Notes under the pieces: generated by a model
What the model saw: the letters and a program-made list of their open reading frames with translations, nothing else
Databases searched by the model: none
Told to the model about the DNA's origin: nothing
DNA from: Mobula hypostoma
Taxonomy: Eukaryota
DNA length: 64,000 bases
Assembly (NCBI RefSeq): GCF_963921235.1
Contig: NC_086108.1
Span: 105,154,001 to 105,218,000, forward strand
Reading direction: 5' to 3'
Made by a program: the position numbers and the translations under genes
Shown: positions 12,358-25,058 of the stretch, piece after piece
Layout: the number at the start of each line of letters is the position of its first letter
How positions within the stretch are numbered: the first letter of the stretch is position 1

Positions 12358-13268
12358 GAAAGATTGGTGGAGGGGCAGGTAGTGTTGAGGAAACAGGTAG
12401 GATGCAGAAGGACTTAGACAGATTAGGAGAATGGGCATGAAAGTGGCAAATGAAATATAATATTGAAAAGTACGTGGTCATGCACTTTGGTAGTAGAAAT
12501 AAAGATGCGGATTATTTTCTAAATGAGGAGAAAATCCAGAAATCTGAGATGTAAAGGAACTTGTGCAGAACACCCTAAAGGTTAACTTGCAGGTTGAGTC
12601 GGTGGTGAGGAAGGCAAATGCCATGTTATTATTAATTTCAAGAAGTCTAGAATACAAGAGCAAGGATGTGATGCTGAGAATATAAAAGGCACTGGTGAAG
12701 CTTCACCTTGAGTATTGGGAACAGTTTTGGGCCCCTCATCTTAGAAAAGATGGGCTGGCATTGGAGAGGTTCCAGAGGAGGTTCACAAGGATGATGCCAG
12801 GAATGAAAGGGTTATCATACGAGGAACATTTGATGGCTCTGGGTCTGTACTCGCTGGAATTCAGAAGGTTGAGGGGGGATCTCATTGAAACCTTTCGAAT
12901 GTTGAAAGGCCTCGACAAAGTAGATATGGAAAGGATGTTTCCCATGGTGGGAGAGTCTAGGACAAGAGTGCACAGCCTCAGGATAGAGGGGTGCCCTTTC
13001 AAAACTGAGTTGTGGAGAAATTTCTTTAGCCAAAGGGTACCGAGATTGTGGAATTTGTTGCCACATGCAGCTGTGGAGGCCAGGTCTATGGGTGTATTTA
13101 AGGCAGAGATTGATAAGTTCTTAATTGGATATGGCATCAAAGGTTATGGGGAAAAGGTGTGGAACTGGGGTTGAGGAGGTGAAAAAAAATGGATCAGCCA
13201 TGATTGAATAGTGGAGCAGACTCAATGGGCCAGATGACCTAATTCTGCTCCTATGTCTTATGGTCTTC
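12358..13268 (+). mobile_element. CR1 LINE 3' fragment, 5'-truncated
   Basis: ORF 12695-13174 (HLEYWEQFWAPH..RRLRGDLIETF..NFFSQRV); CR1 tail. Confidence 0.93.
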
Positions 13269-13448
13269 CTAATATTTATTATTTATTTATGAATATTACT
13301 CTGTTTTTCTCTTTTTTGCATTTGCAGTTTGTGGTCTACTGGACATTTGTGGTTTTGTCCATCTTTGTGTGCGTTTTTTCATTGATTCTACTTTGCAATT
13401 ACTGTGAACGTCCACAAGAAACTGAATCTCAGTGAAGCATATGGTGAC

Positions 13449-13680
13449 TGTGGTAAACCATATATATATATTGTAACTGGGTTACCTGTCTGGACACGCC
13501 CTTCTGCTGACTGCCCCTGTGCCTTCTCCCACAGACCCCTGAACAAAGGCAATTGTGCCACTGCTCCTCCCCTCAGTCCAGGACAGACCACAGCATGGTC
13601 AAGGTCACATTTTACTGCTAATAAAAGCCTTTCAGTATTTACTCTACTTCCAGTCTTTTGGAGTATTTGATAGTGCATCA
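13449..13680 (+). mobile_element. Short solo LTR, 232 bp
   Basis: TG...CA ends; 5-bp TSD GTGAC/GTAAC (1 mismatch); AATAAA at 13620-13625; interrupts a Rex1-type tail whose empty form occurs near 58535. Confidence 0.75.
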
Positions 13681-14439
13681 GTAACATATATGTACTTTGA
13701 TAATAAATTTAGTGTGAGCTTTGAAGGTTCTTCAGCACTATAATATCTTTACTGCAGTGTGGAGACCAGAACTGTATGATGTGCTATAACCTAACTTGTG
13801 TACATTTCCAGCCTAAACTCTATATTCAGACATTTTCTGCATAACCAGTTTGAAAAGAAGTATTGCTCTGATCAAGAGTCCTTAAAAAGGGTCTTCACCT
13901 AAATCATCAACAGTTTAGTCCTCTCCATAGATGCAGACTGCCCTGCTGAGTTTCTCCAATACGTTGTGTGTGTGTTGCTCAGGACTTCCAGCATCTGCAG
14001 AATCTCTTATTTTAAGCACCTCAGATAGAAGGTTGACTTTGAGGTCCTCCAGCATTTTGTGTATGTTGCTCATGTGTTTCAGAGACACTCTCCCCTGTTT
14101 GTGTGGAGCTTGCATGTTATCCCTCTGAATGTATTGGTTTTCCACAGTTTTCTCCCACATCCCAATCATGTGAGGTCAAAAAATTAATTGGCCACCTTAA
14201 ATTGCCCGTAGGGTGTAGTGAGCTGAGAGGATGTAGGGATACTCCTGCCACCACCATTCTCCCCGTGAACCTGTGGGTTTCTTCCCTCAGTCCAAAAACA
14301 TGCCAGTTGGCAGGTTAATTGGTCATTGTAAATCTTCCTGAGATTAGGCTGGGGTTAAATATGTGGGTTGCTGGGCGGTACAGCATGAAGGTCTGAAAAG
14401 TTCCAATTTTGCACTGTATCTCAATAGATAAATAAAATG

Positions 14440-14720
14440 CCTCTCCTCCTTTGTCCAATCTCCTCTCCAGTCAGATCCCTTCCATCTACCATCTCCCAAT
14501 TTCTCACTTTATCCCACTCGCCCCCACCCACTCACCTGGATTCACCTATCACCTGCCAGCTTGCATTCCTCTCTCTCCCCACCTTCTTATTCTGGCCTCT
14601 GCTCCCTTCCTTTTCAGTCCTGATAAACAGCCTTGACCTGAGAAGTCGACTGTTTATTCCTCTCCATAGTTGCTGCCTGCCTTGCTGAGTTCCTCCACCA
14701 TTTTGTGTGTGTTGTTTCTC
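14440..14720 (+). mobile_element. PLE 3' fragment with degenerate hammerhead
   Basis: Pyrimidine-rich UTR then cagtcctgataa..gagaagtcgactg and the same downstream repeat as 12185-12245. Confidence 0.75.
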
Positions 14721-14809
14721 CTGACTACCTGGGTTTCCTCTCGTTTCCTCTCACCTCGCAAAGATGTGAGAATCTGAGTGTTAATTGCCAAATTAGTTTG
14801 CTTCTAAGG

Positions 14810-14890
14810 GAGGGGTTCTCATCCTGGGTTCCGCGGGCCCTTTGGTTAGTAGTTGGGGTCTATGACTTAAAAAAAGGTTGGGAACCCCTG
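14810..14890. mobile_element. hAT-type MITE, 81 bp
   Basis: TIRs gaggggttctcatcc / ggttgggaacccctg; 8-bp TSD TTCTAAGG/CCCTAAGG (2 mismatches). Confidence 0.75.
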
Positions 14891-15539
14891 CCCTAAGGTG
14901 TAGGTGAGTGGTGGAATTACAGTGTTTCAAATGGGATTAGTGTAAATGTGTGGATGACGGTCAACATGGATTTGATGGGCTGAAGGGCCAGTTTCCATAC
15001 AATGTCTCCTTATGACTCTCTGAGTCATCACCTAGTCCAGGGATCGATACCGAAGATCAAAGACTATAGGTTGATCAGAGTCCGGAAGTTGAAACCCGAC
15101 TGCTGAAGCTTGGAGACTGAAGGCTAATGCCTGTCCTGGAGTTGAAGGACTGTCTGTGTACATAAGATGGAGAGAGGAACGGGGCTTGTTTTGCTATTGT
15201 TGTTGTTTTGTTGCTTGTTGTGTTCTGTGTTGTTCTGCTGAGCATTGTGAACCTGTAATGTTGGCACCGGAACGTGTGGCGACACTTGTGGGCTGCACCC
15301 AGCACATCCCGAGTTGGTTGTTAATGAGTACGAGGCATTTCATTGCATGTTTCCATGTTAGTCTCCTGCCAATTCTTCCCTGTACTCTGACTTCCTCCCA
15401 TATCTCAAAGAGATGGAGAGAGTTGTGGACACCCTACAGCACATCAGGGAAACTAGCCTCCTCTCCATGAACTTTCTATATATCTCCTGCTCCCTCACTC
15501 AGAGCAGGTGCCACGCACATCATGTAAGTGAGAAAACAC

Positions 15540-15790
15540 ATGGCAGTGTAACGCTTTACATTGCAGCAACCCGGGTTCAATTGCTGTCACTGCCTCTAAG
15601 GGGTTTGTACGTTCTCCCCATGACCGCCTGGGTTTCTTCCAGGTGCTCCAGTTTCCTCCCACAGTCCAAAGACGTAACAGATAGTCTAACCATTCATTTC
15701 AAGTTATCCCATGATTAGCTTAGGGTTTGTTGGGGTTGGTGGGGCAATGTGGCTCAAAAGGGCCGCAAGGGCCTACTCCATGCTGTATCG
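15540..15790 (+). mobile_element. V-SINE (HE1-like) with CR1-type tail
   Basis: tRNA-like head (gggttcaatt), V-domain-like gttctcccc..gggtttc..tgctccagtttcctcccacagtccaaagac, tail gggcc..gggccta. Confidence 0.8.
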
Positions 15791-16102
15791 TTACCTTTCA
15801 CCCTTAACCCATGACCTCTGGTAGTCATTTCATCCAACATCAGTGGAAAAAGCCTGTTTGTATTTACCCTTTCTATACCTGTCATAATTTTATATACCTC
15901 TATCAAATTTCCCCTCATTCTTCCATGCTCTAGGGAATAAGATCCTAACCTAGACAATCTTTCCCTATTCCCTAGGTCTTCAAGTCCTGGTAACATCCTT
16001 TTCAATTCAATCTTATTGACATCATTCTGGTCGGGAGGTAACCAAAATTACGCACAATACTCCAAATTAGGCCTCACTAACATCTTATTCAACTTCAACA
16101 TC
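15791..16102 (-). mobile_element. CR1 LINE fragment
   Basis: ORF 15754-16005 (RMLPGLEDL..RMRGNLIEVYKIM). Confidence 0.85.
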
Positions 16103-16119
16103 AAAGTAATATTGCCAGT

Positions 16120-17805
16120 CAAAACATGGAGGAACCTTCACGATCTTCTGCAGCTCACGATCAGCCGGTGATTTCAGTCTGTGAGACTGATGAAAGGGCA
16201 GCCTTCAGGAAGGGGAACCCACGAAAACTCCTGGCCGAGATGGGGTACCTGGCCGAGATGGGGTACCTGGTCGAGATGGGATACCTGGTCGAATACTAAA
16301 GAGCTGTGCTGATCAGCCTCTCACTTCGGCTGTCAGCGTACACACCAGCTTCAAAGAGACTTCACTTATACCGGTGCCTAAGCAGAGTGTGATAACCTCG
16401 CTCAATGGCGATTGTCCAGTGGCAGGCACATCCACAGTGATGAAGTGTTGTGAGAAGCTGGTGATGAAACTGGTGATCAACTCCTGCCCGAGGAGTGACT
16501 TGGATCTACTGTAATTTACCTAACAGGGCAATAGGTGCCATCTGACTGGCTCTTCACTCAACACTGGAACACCTGGACAGTAAAGATGCATACATCTCAG
16601 TTCAGCCCAGCTTTCAATAAATCATCCCTCAAAACTGATCAATAAGCTTCCAGACCTTGGCCTCAAAACTTCCTTATACAATTGAATCCTCGATTCCCTC
16701 ACTTGCAGACCATTCCGTTAGGATTGGCAACAACATCTCCTCCACAATCTCCACAAGCACACATGCACCACAAGACTGTGTGCTCAGCCTCCTGCTCTAC
16801 TCACTGTACACATATGCCTGTGTGGCTACGTGCAGCTCCAGTGTCATATTCAAGTTTGTTGACACCACTGCCAAATCAAAGATGGTGATGAATCAGCATA
16901 CGGGAGGAAGGTTAAAAAATCTGGCTGAGTGGTGCCACACAACAACCTCTCACTCAATGTCAGCATCAACAAGGATCTGGTTATTGGCTTCAGGAGGAGG
17001 AAACCAGAGGTCCATGAGCCAGTCCTCCTCAGAGGATCAGAGCTGGAGAGGGTCAGTATCTGTAAATTCTTGGGTGTTATCGTTTCAGAGGGTTTGTGTT
17101 GAGCCCAGCATGTAAGTACAACTATGAAGAAACCATGACAGAGTCTCTACTTCCTTAGGAGTTTGTAAAGATTCTGCATGACATCTAAAACTTTGACCAA
17201 CTTCTATACATGTGTGGTGGACAGTATATTGACTGGCTACATTACAGCCAGGTATGGAAACACCAACGCCCTCTAACAGAATGTCCTACAAAAAATAAAA
17301 CCCTCCCCATCATTAAGCGCATCTACACGAAGTGTTTTCGCAGGAAAGTGGCATCCATGCTCAGCGATCCCAACCACCAAGGACATGCTCTCTTCTTGCT
17401 GCTGCCGTCTGGAAGAAGGTACAGGAGCCTCAGGACTCACACCACCAGGTTCACAAACAGTTGCTACCCTGCAACCATCGGCATCTTGAACTAAAAGTGG
17501 ATAACTTAAATCAACTTCACCTGCCTTATCAGTGAAATGTTCCCTCAACCTATGGACTCACTTTCAAGGCGACTCTTCATTTCATGTTCTCAATATTTAT
17601 TATTTATTTGTTTATTATGATTACCATTCTTTTTGTATTTGCACTACTTGTTGTCTTTTGCGCACTGGTGGAACATCTAAGTTGGTGCGGTCTTTCATTG
17701 ATTCTATCATGTTTATTGTTCTATTATGGATTTATTGAGCATGCCCACAAGAAAATGAATCTGTGGGTTGTATATGGTGACATGCACGAACTTTACTTTG
17801 AATTT
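16120..17805 (+). mobile_element. Rex1/Babar-like LINE, old and heavily decayed
   Basis: ORF fragments APQDCVLSLLLYSLYT..KFVD and LLPSGRRYRSLRTHTTRF; similar to 21069-22714. Confidence 0.85.
16230..16292. repeat. 18-bp tandem repeat, about 3.5 copies (cctggccgagatggggta)
   Basis: Direct reading; local duplication within the Rex1 remnant. Confidence 0.9.
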
Positions 17806-17907
17806 AGGTCTCTTTGCTTCAACACCAGGGCAGCAATTTACTTTGGGTTTATGTATGTTAGTTGGACATATCCCTTTATCATGTCAATATCAGGCAATAT
17901 TACATAT

Positions 17908-18208
17908 AGGCATCCATTAGTCTCGTGAGACCATGGATTTTCACCTTGGAAGGTTTCCAGGGTGCAGGCCTGGGCAAGGTTGTATGGAAAACTGGCAGTT
18001 GCCCATGCTGCAAGTCTCCCCTCTCCACGCCACCGATGTTGTCCAAGGGAAGGGCACTAGGGCTGATACAGCTTGGCACCAGTGTTGTCGCAGAGCAATG
18101 TGTGGTTAAGTGCCTTGCTCAAGGACACAACACGTTCCCTCGACTGGGGCTCGAACTCATGACCTTCAGATCACTAGACCGACGTTTTAGCCACTTGGCC
18201 ACACGCCA
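17908..18208 (-). mobile_element. tRNA-derived SINE with RTE-related 3' half
   Basis: Minus-strand A box TGGCCAAGTGG and B box GTTCGAGCCC; second copy at 20227-20525; 3' half resembles 10715-10840. Confidence 0.8.
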
Positions 18209-18336
18209 ACAATTAGACAGCTAATTAGATCAGACGAGGTTAGACTGCAGTCTGAGTGCAAAACTAGCCAGGAGGAAGCTGCAGACCAAAGTCTGCAAAT
18301 GTTTTGCAAGCTAAAATATCCAATTTTTTAAACATC

Positions 18337-18865
18337 TACATTCACTGGTCACATTATTAGGTATTTCCTGCACCTAATAAAGTGGTCTCTGAGTGTATGT
18401 TCATGGTTTATGCTGCTGTAGCCCATCCACTTCAAGGTTCAGAGATACTCTTCTGTACACTACTGTTGTAACCTATGGTTATCTGAGTTACTGTCACCTT
18501 CCCTTCAGCTTCAACCAGTCTGGTTATTCTCCTCCGACCTCTCTCATTAGCAAGGTGTTTTCACCCACAGAACTGAGGCTCACTGGATTTTTTTTTGTGC
18601 TATTCTCTGTAGATTCTAGAATCTGTTGTGCGTGAAAATCCCAGAAGATCAGCAGTTTTAGAAATACTCAAATCACCCCATCTGGCACCAACAATCATTT
18701 CATGGTCAAAGACACTTAGATCACATTTCCTCCCCATTTGATGTCTGAACAACAACTGAACCTCTTGACCATGTCTGCATGCTTTAGTGCAGTGAATTGC
18801 TGCCATGTCATTGCATTAATGAGCAGATGTATAGGTGTACCTAAGAAAGTGGCCACTGAATGTTA
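18337..18865 (-). mobile_element. Tc1-like non-autonomous DNA transposon, copy 2
   Basis: ORF 18600-18806 MGRKCDLSVFDHEMIVGARWGDLSISKTADLLGFSRTT (Tc1 HTH region); TIRs as in 9196-9746. Confidence 0.88.
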
Positions 18866-19544
18866 TGTTGAATATCCTGGAATATTCATACAAAAAGCAT
18901 TTCACAATTAATTATCCTCACCATTCCCACTTCCATCAGCCAACTATTAGTTAAAAGACACTTTAAAATAAAGAAAACAGATTACACATTCTCAAGTAAA
19001 AAGATAATTATTTCTGGTATGAATACAAAGTGCTCGCGCTAGATTAAACTTAGAGCTGGCACCAAAACAAAATGCTGCAGGGCAGGTTCATTTGCACAAT
19101 CCATCATTCTTTCTGAAAGCTTCTAACATTACTTTTTTATATCTAATTCCTATCTACATGAGAGGGTCATTTTTTGTCTCCTTATATCCAGTCGCTGTAC
19201 ACATTATAAAAGAAATGAGTTTCTGTTGAACGTATGAAAATAATCCTTACAAGCATTTCACCTGACACAGAATAATTGGTCTCAATTTATCTAAGATTCA
19301 TCTTGGAAATTAACTTCCCAAATAATAAGGTGTGTCCTATGATTAAGACAGATGATTCAGTGCAATATATCATCCATTTACCAAACTCTCAGATTAATTG
19401 ACTATGCTGTGACACGCAAAGGAGATACAAGTTTGCATGAACCTGCAGTGCAGTCAGTGACAAAGAAGTTCTTGATCAAAAGCACAGAATATAAGTTAAA
19501 TTAGACGATATTTGAATGATCAGCAGAAAAGAAGGACATTGCAG

Positions 19545-20037
19545 TGGGCCAGTAAGTGTTTGTTCATGGTCTCCTGCTACCATAGCTACCAAGGTTTGAT
19601 GTGTTGTGAGTTCACAGATGTTCTCTGCACACCACTGCTGTAACGTGTGGTTATTTGAGTTACTGTCACCTTCCCGTCAGCTTGAACCGGTCTGGCCATC
19701 CTCCTCTCACCTCTCTCATTCACAAGGCATTTTCATCCACAGAAATGCTGCTCACTGGAAGTTAGTTTTTGTTTTTCATACCATTTCTCTGTAATCTCTG
19801 GCAACTGTTGTGTGTGAAAATCCCAGGAAGTTAGTAGTTTCTGAGCTACTCAAACTGCCCCATCTGGCACCAACAATCACTCCACAGTCAAAGTCACTTA
19901 GATACATTTGTTCCCCATTCTAATATTTGGTCTGAACTACAACTGAACCTCTTGACTATGTCTGCTTGCTTTAATGCATTAAGTTGCTGCCTCATTATTG
20001 ACTGATTAGATATTTGTATTAATGAGCAGGTGTACAG
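19545..20037 (-). mobile_element. Tc1-like non-autonomous DNA transposon, copy 3, ends eroded
   Basis: Collinear with 18385-18840. Confidence 0.82.
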
Positions 20038-20226
20038 GTCAGCACAGATTGTAAAGGTAACATCACAGGTTAAAATTTCAGTCACAATGCTTTCACAGAA
20101 ACTTATGTGGGAGAACCATACCTCCTTCATGAACAAAAAAGGCTCATCAGAGGATATACTTCCTGCAGTATTTGGTATAATTCTATCTTCCCCAGATCAT
20201 ACTGGTCCAATTCCAAACTAAAGTAA

Positions 20227-20525
20227 AGGCATCCGTTAGTCTTGCGAGACCATGGATCCATGCCTGGAAAGTCTTCACTCTCCAGGGCGCAGGCCTGGGC
20301 AAGGTTGTATGAAAGACCAGCAGTTGCCCATTCTGTAAGTCTCCCCTCTCCATGACGTCAATGTTGTCCAAGGGAAGGGCATTAGGACCCATACAGCTTG
20401 GCACCAGTGTCGTCACAGAGCAAAGTGTGATTAAGTTCCTTGCTCAAGGACACAACATGTTGCCTCGGCTGGGGCTCGAACTTCAGGTCGCTAGTCCAAT
20501 GCCTTAACCACTTGGCCATGTGCCC
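20227..20525 (-). mobile_element. tRNA-derived SINE with RTE-related 3' half, copy 2
   Basis: Collinear with 17908-18208. Confidence 0.8.
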
Positions 20526-20704
20526 ACAATTCCAAGCTACTGTCATAGAAAATGTCCTCACATTAGCCATTACTATCTGTTTTGGGGCACTGTCCTCACA
20601 CAATATACAGAAACTACAGTGCACTATCCAGCCAGCAGAAAAGGTCTTTGGCTGCAGTCTACCAGCACTATGGGACTTGTATGTGTACAGGACAAAGAAA
20701 GAGT

Positions 20705-21068
20705 GTTAGCAGAGGATTGGAAGGTAGCCAGTATTGTTCTGCTATTTAAAAAAGGCTCTAAACAGAAACCAGGAAATTATAGGCTGGTGAGCCTAACATT
20801 AGTCATGGGGAAATTATTAGAAGTTATTCTAAAGGATTGGATATATAAGTATTTGGACAGACATGGACTGATTCGGGATGGTCAGTAAGGCTAGGTGCAT
20901 GGTAGGTCATCTCTAACCATTCTTATAGTTTTTCAAGGAAGTTACCAGGAAAATGCATGAAGGCAAGGCAGTGGATGTTGTTTACATGGACTTTAGCAAG
21001 GCATTTGACAAGGTCCCACATGGGAGTTTGGTCAAGAAGGTTCAGCGCTCAGCATTCAGGATGAGGTG
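20705..21068 (+). mobile_element. CR1 LINE fragment; continues at 22715-23105 and 24410-25058
   Basis: EDWKVASIVLLFKKG..KPGNYRLVSLT; downstream pieces carry VPQGPMLGPLLF, KFADD and the C-terminus. Confidence 0.88.
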
Positions 21069-22714
21069 GCCGATGTGAGGAAAACTCTATTCAGGGTCAA
21101 CCCACGGAAGCCTGCTAGACCAGACAATATTCCTGGCAGAGTGCTCAGAGGATGTGCAGACCAGCTAGCAAATGTTCTCATTGCCATCTTCAACATCTCC
21201 CTGAGCAGCCCCGTCGTTCCAACGTGCTTCAAGGCCGCCACCATTGTCCCCGTGCAGAAGAAGTCTTCAGTGTCTTGCCTCAATGAATACTGTCCCGTCG
21301 CACTCACATCCATCGTCATAAAGTGTTTCAAGAGGCTCGTCATGAGGCACATCAAGACCCTGCTGCCCCCCTCACTGGACCCCCTGCAGTTCACATACCG
21401 TCCCAACCATTCAACAGACGACGCCATTGCCACCACCCTCCACCTGGTCCTAACCCACCTGGACAAAAAAGACACGTACATTTGAATGCTGTTTATAGAC
21501 TTCAGTTCAGCATTCAGCTCAATCATTGCTCAGCACCTGATTGGAAAGCTGAAACTGCAGGGCCTGAACTCCTCCCTCTGCAACTGGATCCTAGACTTCC
21601 TGACTGGGAGCCCTCAGTCAGTCCGGATTGGGAGCAGCATCTCCAACACTATCACACTGAGCACGGGGGCCCCCCAGGGCTGTGTGCTCAGTCCACTGCT
21701 GTTCACTCTGCTGACCCACGACTGTGCTGCAACACACAGCTCGAAACACATCATCAAGTTCACCGATGACGTGAACGTGGTGGGTCTCATCAGCAAGAAC
21801 GATGACTCAGCATACAGAGAGGAGGTGCAGCAGCTAACGGACTGGTGCAGAGCCAACAACCTGTCTCTGAATGTGAACAAAACAAAAGAGATGGTTGTTG
21901 ACTTCAGGAGGACACGGAGTGACCACTCTCCGCTGAACATCGACGACTCCTCCGTAGAGATCGTTAAGAGCACCAAATTTCTTGGTGTTCACCTGGCGGA
22001 GAATCTCACCTGGTCCCTCAACACCAGCTCCATAGCAAAGAAGGCCCAGCAGCGTCTCTACTTTCTGCGAAGGCTGAGAGAAGTCCATCTCCCACCCCCC
22101 ATCCTCACCACATTCTACAGAGGTTGTATTGAGAGCATCCCGAGCAGCTGCATCACTGCCTGGTTCGGGAATTGCACCGTCTTGGATCACAAGACCCTGC
22201 AGCGGATAGTGAGGTCAGCTGAGAAGATCATCGGGGTCTCTCTTCCCACTATCACAGATATTTACACTATATGCTGCACCCATAAAGCCAACAACATTGT
22301 GAAAGACCCCACATACCCCTCATACAAACTCTTCTCCCTCCTGCCATCTGGCAAAAGGTACCGAACCAGACTGTGCAACAGTTTCTTTCCCCAAGCCATC
22401 AGACTCCTTAATGCCCAGAGACTAGGCAAACATCTACATAATTTATTATTATATTGTCATTTTTCCTCAACTGTGCCTATTGTCTTGATTGTTATTAATT
22501 GAACTGCCCTGCACTGTTTTGTGCACTTTATGTAGTCCTGTGTAGGTCTGTAGTCCAGTGTAGTTTTTGTGTTGTCTCACTTAGTCTAGTGTAGTTTTGT
22601 GTTGTTTCATGTAGCACCAGGGTCCAGGAGGAATGTTGTTTCGTTTTTACTGTGTATTGTACCAGCAGTTTATGGTCAAAATGACAATAAAAAGCGACTT
22701 GACTTGATTTGACT
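21069..22714 (+). mobile_element. Rex1/Babar-like LINE, 5'-truncated, RT largely open (stop at 21483-21485)
   Basis: In-frame ORFs 21066-21485 and 21486-22502 ([40 protein letters not shown]); tail aataaa then (GACTT)n. Confidence 0.95.
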
Positions 22715-23164
22715 AAATTGGACTGTGGGAGAAGCCAGAGAGTGGTAATAGAGGGTTGTTTCTCTGTCTGGAAGTCTGTGACTAGTGGTGTGCCACAGGG
22801 ACCGATGCTGGGTCCTTTGTTGTTTGTTATCTATATCAATGATCTGGATAATAATGTGATTAACTGGATCAGTAAATTTGCAGATGACGCCAAGAGTTGG
22901 GGAACAGTGGACAGTGAGGAAGGTTATCATGGTTTGGCGAGGGATCTGCACCAGCTGGAAAAATGGGTTGAAAATAGCAGATGGTATTTAATACAAACAA
23001 GTGTGAGGTTTTGCACTTCGGTAGGACCAACTAGAGTAGGTCTTACACAGTGAAAAGTAGGGCACTGAGTAGTGTGACAACAGATTTGTGAAAACAGATA
23101 CATAACTTGCTGAAACTTCAACCATTTTGCTGATTAAAGCAATGAGGGAGATTGAAGCATCAAC

Positions 23165-23958
23165 ATGGAACATAGAATAGTGTGCCGACCCTGAAAACCT
23201 GCCTCCTATATAACCCCCCACCTTAAATTCCTCCATATACATGTCTAGTAGTCTCTTAAACTTCACTAGTGCATCTGCCTCCACCACTGATTCCTCCATT
23301 CCATGCACCAACCACTCTCTGAGTAAAAAACCTTCCTCTAATATCCTCCTTGAACTTCCCACCCCTTACCTTAAAGCCATGTCCTCTTGTATTGAGCAGT
23401 GGTGCCCTGGGGAAGAGGCGCTGGCTATCCACTCTATCTATTCCTCTTATTATCTTGTACACCTCTATCATGTCTCCTCTCATCCTCCTTCTCTCCAAAG
23501 AGTAAAACCCTAGCTCCCTTAATCTCTGATCATAATGCATACTCTCTAAACCAGGCAGCATCCTGGTAAATCTCCTCTGTACCCTTTCCAATGCTTCCAC
23601 ATCCTTCCTATAGTGAGGCGATCAGAATTGGACACAGTACTCCAAGTGTGGCCTCACCAGAGTTTTATAGAGCTGCATCATTACATCGCGACTCTTAAAC
23701 CCTGTCCCTCGACTTATGAAAGCTAACAGCCCATAAGCTTTCTTAACTACCCTATCTACCTGTGAGGCAACTTTCAGGGATCTGTGGACATGTACCCCCA
23801 GATCCCTCTCCTCCTCCACACTACCAAGTATCCTGCCATTTACTTTGTACTCTGCCTTGGAGTTTGTCCTTCCAAAGTGTACCACCTCACACTTCTCCGA
23901 GTTGAACTCCATCTGCCACTTCTCAGCCCACTTCTGCATCCTATCAGTGTCTCTATCA
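23165..23958 (-). mobile_element. CR1 LINE 3' fragment, young subfamily
   Basis: ORFs 23256-23600 and 23622-24032; very similar to 42350-43125. Confidence 0.93.
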
Positions 23959-24409
23959 AGGTGAGTGCAGAGGGTGAGTGCTGTTTGTCTGTCTTTTGAT
24001 GGTTCTGCTACGGAGAGGAAAAGGTCTGCCATTGGGTCCGGAGAGTGCTGCCCAGGTCTTCTGTGTTTTGAATATGGACTTGGACTATAGACTTTTTTCA
24101 GTCTTATAGATTTTTAAATTCTGTGTTTTTCACCTGATTTTTCGTGTTTTTTTTGTGCAGAGAGGGAGATTTGGGGGTCGATGTGCCTGTTCTATTTTGT
24201 TGATTTTTTTTGTGATTTTTTTTTGTGTGGGAGGAGGGATTTGGGGGTCGATGTGCCTGTTCCACTTTTGTTCGTTTTTTTTGTGCAGGGAGGGGAGATT
24301 TTGGAGGTTGATCCTGCTGCCTTTCTTTTCTTTCTTGGTTTCATGTCCACTCGGATAAGAAGGATTTCAAGTTGTGTACTTTGATAATAAATTAAACTTT
24401 GAACCTTTG

Positions 24410-25058
24410 AAAGTGGTGTCATGGATAGATAGGGTCGCAAAGAAAAACTTTTGGCACATTGGGCATTATAAATCTTGAGTACAGAAGATGGAATGTTATG
24501 CTGAAGTTGTGTAAGATGCTGGGGAGCTCTAATTTGGAGTACTGTGTGCAGTTTTGGTCACCTATCTACAGGAAAGATGTAAACAAGGTTGAAAGAGTTC
24601 AGAGAATATTTACAAGGATGTTGCCGTGTCCGGAGGACCTGAGTTATAAGGAAAGTTTCTTATTCCCTAGAATGTAGAAGATTGAGGGGAGATTTGATAG
24701 AGATATACAAAATTATGAGGGGCATAGATAAAATAAATGCAAGCAGGCATTTTCCACTGAGGTTGCGTGGAACTACAACCAAAGATCATGGGTTTGGGGT
24801 GAAAGGTGAAACGTTTAAGGGGGACATGAGGGGAAACGTCTTCACTCAGAGGGTTGTAAGAGTGTGGAATGAGCTGGCAGTGCAAGTGGTGGATGTGAGC
24901 TTGATTTCAATGTTTAAGAGGAGTTTGGATAGGTACATGTTTGGATAGTAGGGATGTGGAGGGCTATGGTCCCAGTGCAGGTTAAAATGGTTTTGGCATG
25001 AACTCGACGGGCCAAAGGACGTGTTTCTGTGCTGTATTTCTCTATGACTCTACGACTG
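24410..25058 (+). mobile_element. CR1 LINE 3' end
   Basis: ORFs 24459-24677 and 24682-24948 (LEYCVQFWSP, MRGDLIEIYKIM); tail ctatgactctacgact. Confidence 0.88.

Noticed and set aside
20095..20180. Possible small host exon (cag...gt boundaries)
   Set aside because: Weak splice signals, no recognisable peptide and no partner exons in the window
21486..22502. 338-aa ORF as a functional or domesticated RT gene
   Set aside because: 5'-truncated, upstream in-frame stop, apparent C-terminal deletion, nested in a CR1; an ordinary dead copy
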